From contig NC_043016.1 of assembly GCF_006345805.1 (NCBI RefSeq), forward strand, positions 310,001-374,000: 64,000 bases of DNA, read 5' to 3'. The first letter of the stretch is position 1; the number at the start of each line of letters is the position of its first letter. Of the stretch, positions 63,501-64,000 are shown piece after piece. The notes below the pieces were generated by a model that ran no database searches, was not told the origin of the DNA, and was given only the letters and a program-made list of their open reading frames with translations. This DNA is from Octopus sinensis (taxonomy: Eukaryota). The position numbers and the translations under genes were made by a program.

Positions 63501-64000
63501 TCACAAATAAATAAACAGGTATTTAGAAGTTTGTTTCTCAATCTCATAGTTCCAGTTGGGAAAGAGGGCACAGATTTTTCTTCATTTGTGTGACAAAAAC
63601 AGTGCAGGAATCTTAAATGAATTTAGGCTTCTGCCAGATATGCAAGGAAAGTGAATACTTTACAGCATTTTTTGAGAATAAGATTGTAAATTTTCATAGA
63701 TTTTGTACTTATTTAAAGTGTATAGAAATATAAAAGTTACCCTTAAAAAGATCATTTTATATAAGGACCAGAAACTGGCCCTTATTAGTCAGCATGACGC
63801 AAAGGTAACTTACCTTTTATATCTCCCCTCTTCTTCTTACCCCTTAAACTTACAACTTATCCACCCACTCACTCTACCCTATCCCCAGTTTCACTTCACT
63901 TATATACCCCCCACCTGTAATTTTTAGTTTGTTCACATTTGGTACACACTTAGGCAGCCTTAACCTGTCATTTAAAGGTTAAATCAGGTGATACTTAAAG

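Overview
AT-rich animal genomic DNA, most consistent with an octopus (cephalopod) genome. That assignment is inferred from the dense tRNA-derived SINEs and microsatellites and was not tested by search. I find one host coding exon: a 117-nt, phase 1/phase 1, plus-strand exon at 50782-50898 encoding the second zinc finger of an estrogen-related receptor (ERR/NR3B), [41 protein letters not shown] could not find the first-finger exon in the 50 kb upstream or the hinge exon in the 13 kb downstream, so the window appears to be two very large ERR introns. These are filled with four recurrent SINE-like families (A-D, my labels), RTE-type LINE fragments, an R4/Dong-like fragment embedded in (TAA)n, Penelope-like remnants, Helitrons, and hAT, mariner, maT and TTAA-flanked elements. 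Most long ORFs in the supplied track are microsatellite or repeat read-through. The best leads are a repeat-borne minimal hammerhead-like motif with a core variant in two copies, an exon start that recreates a 5' splice site, a (TAA)n-associated retroposon that may depend on a Dong-like partner, and microhomology-guided SINE integration. I see no evidence of a new protein-coding system. SINE lists are representative, and boundaries not fixed by a TSD, TIR or splice site are approximate.
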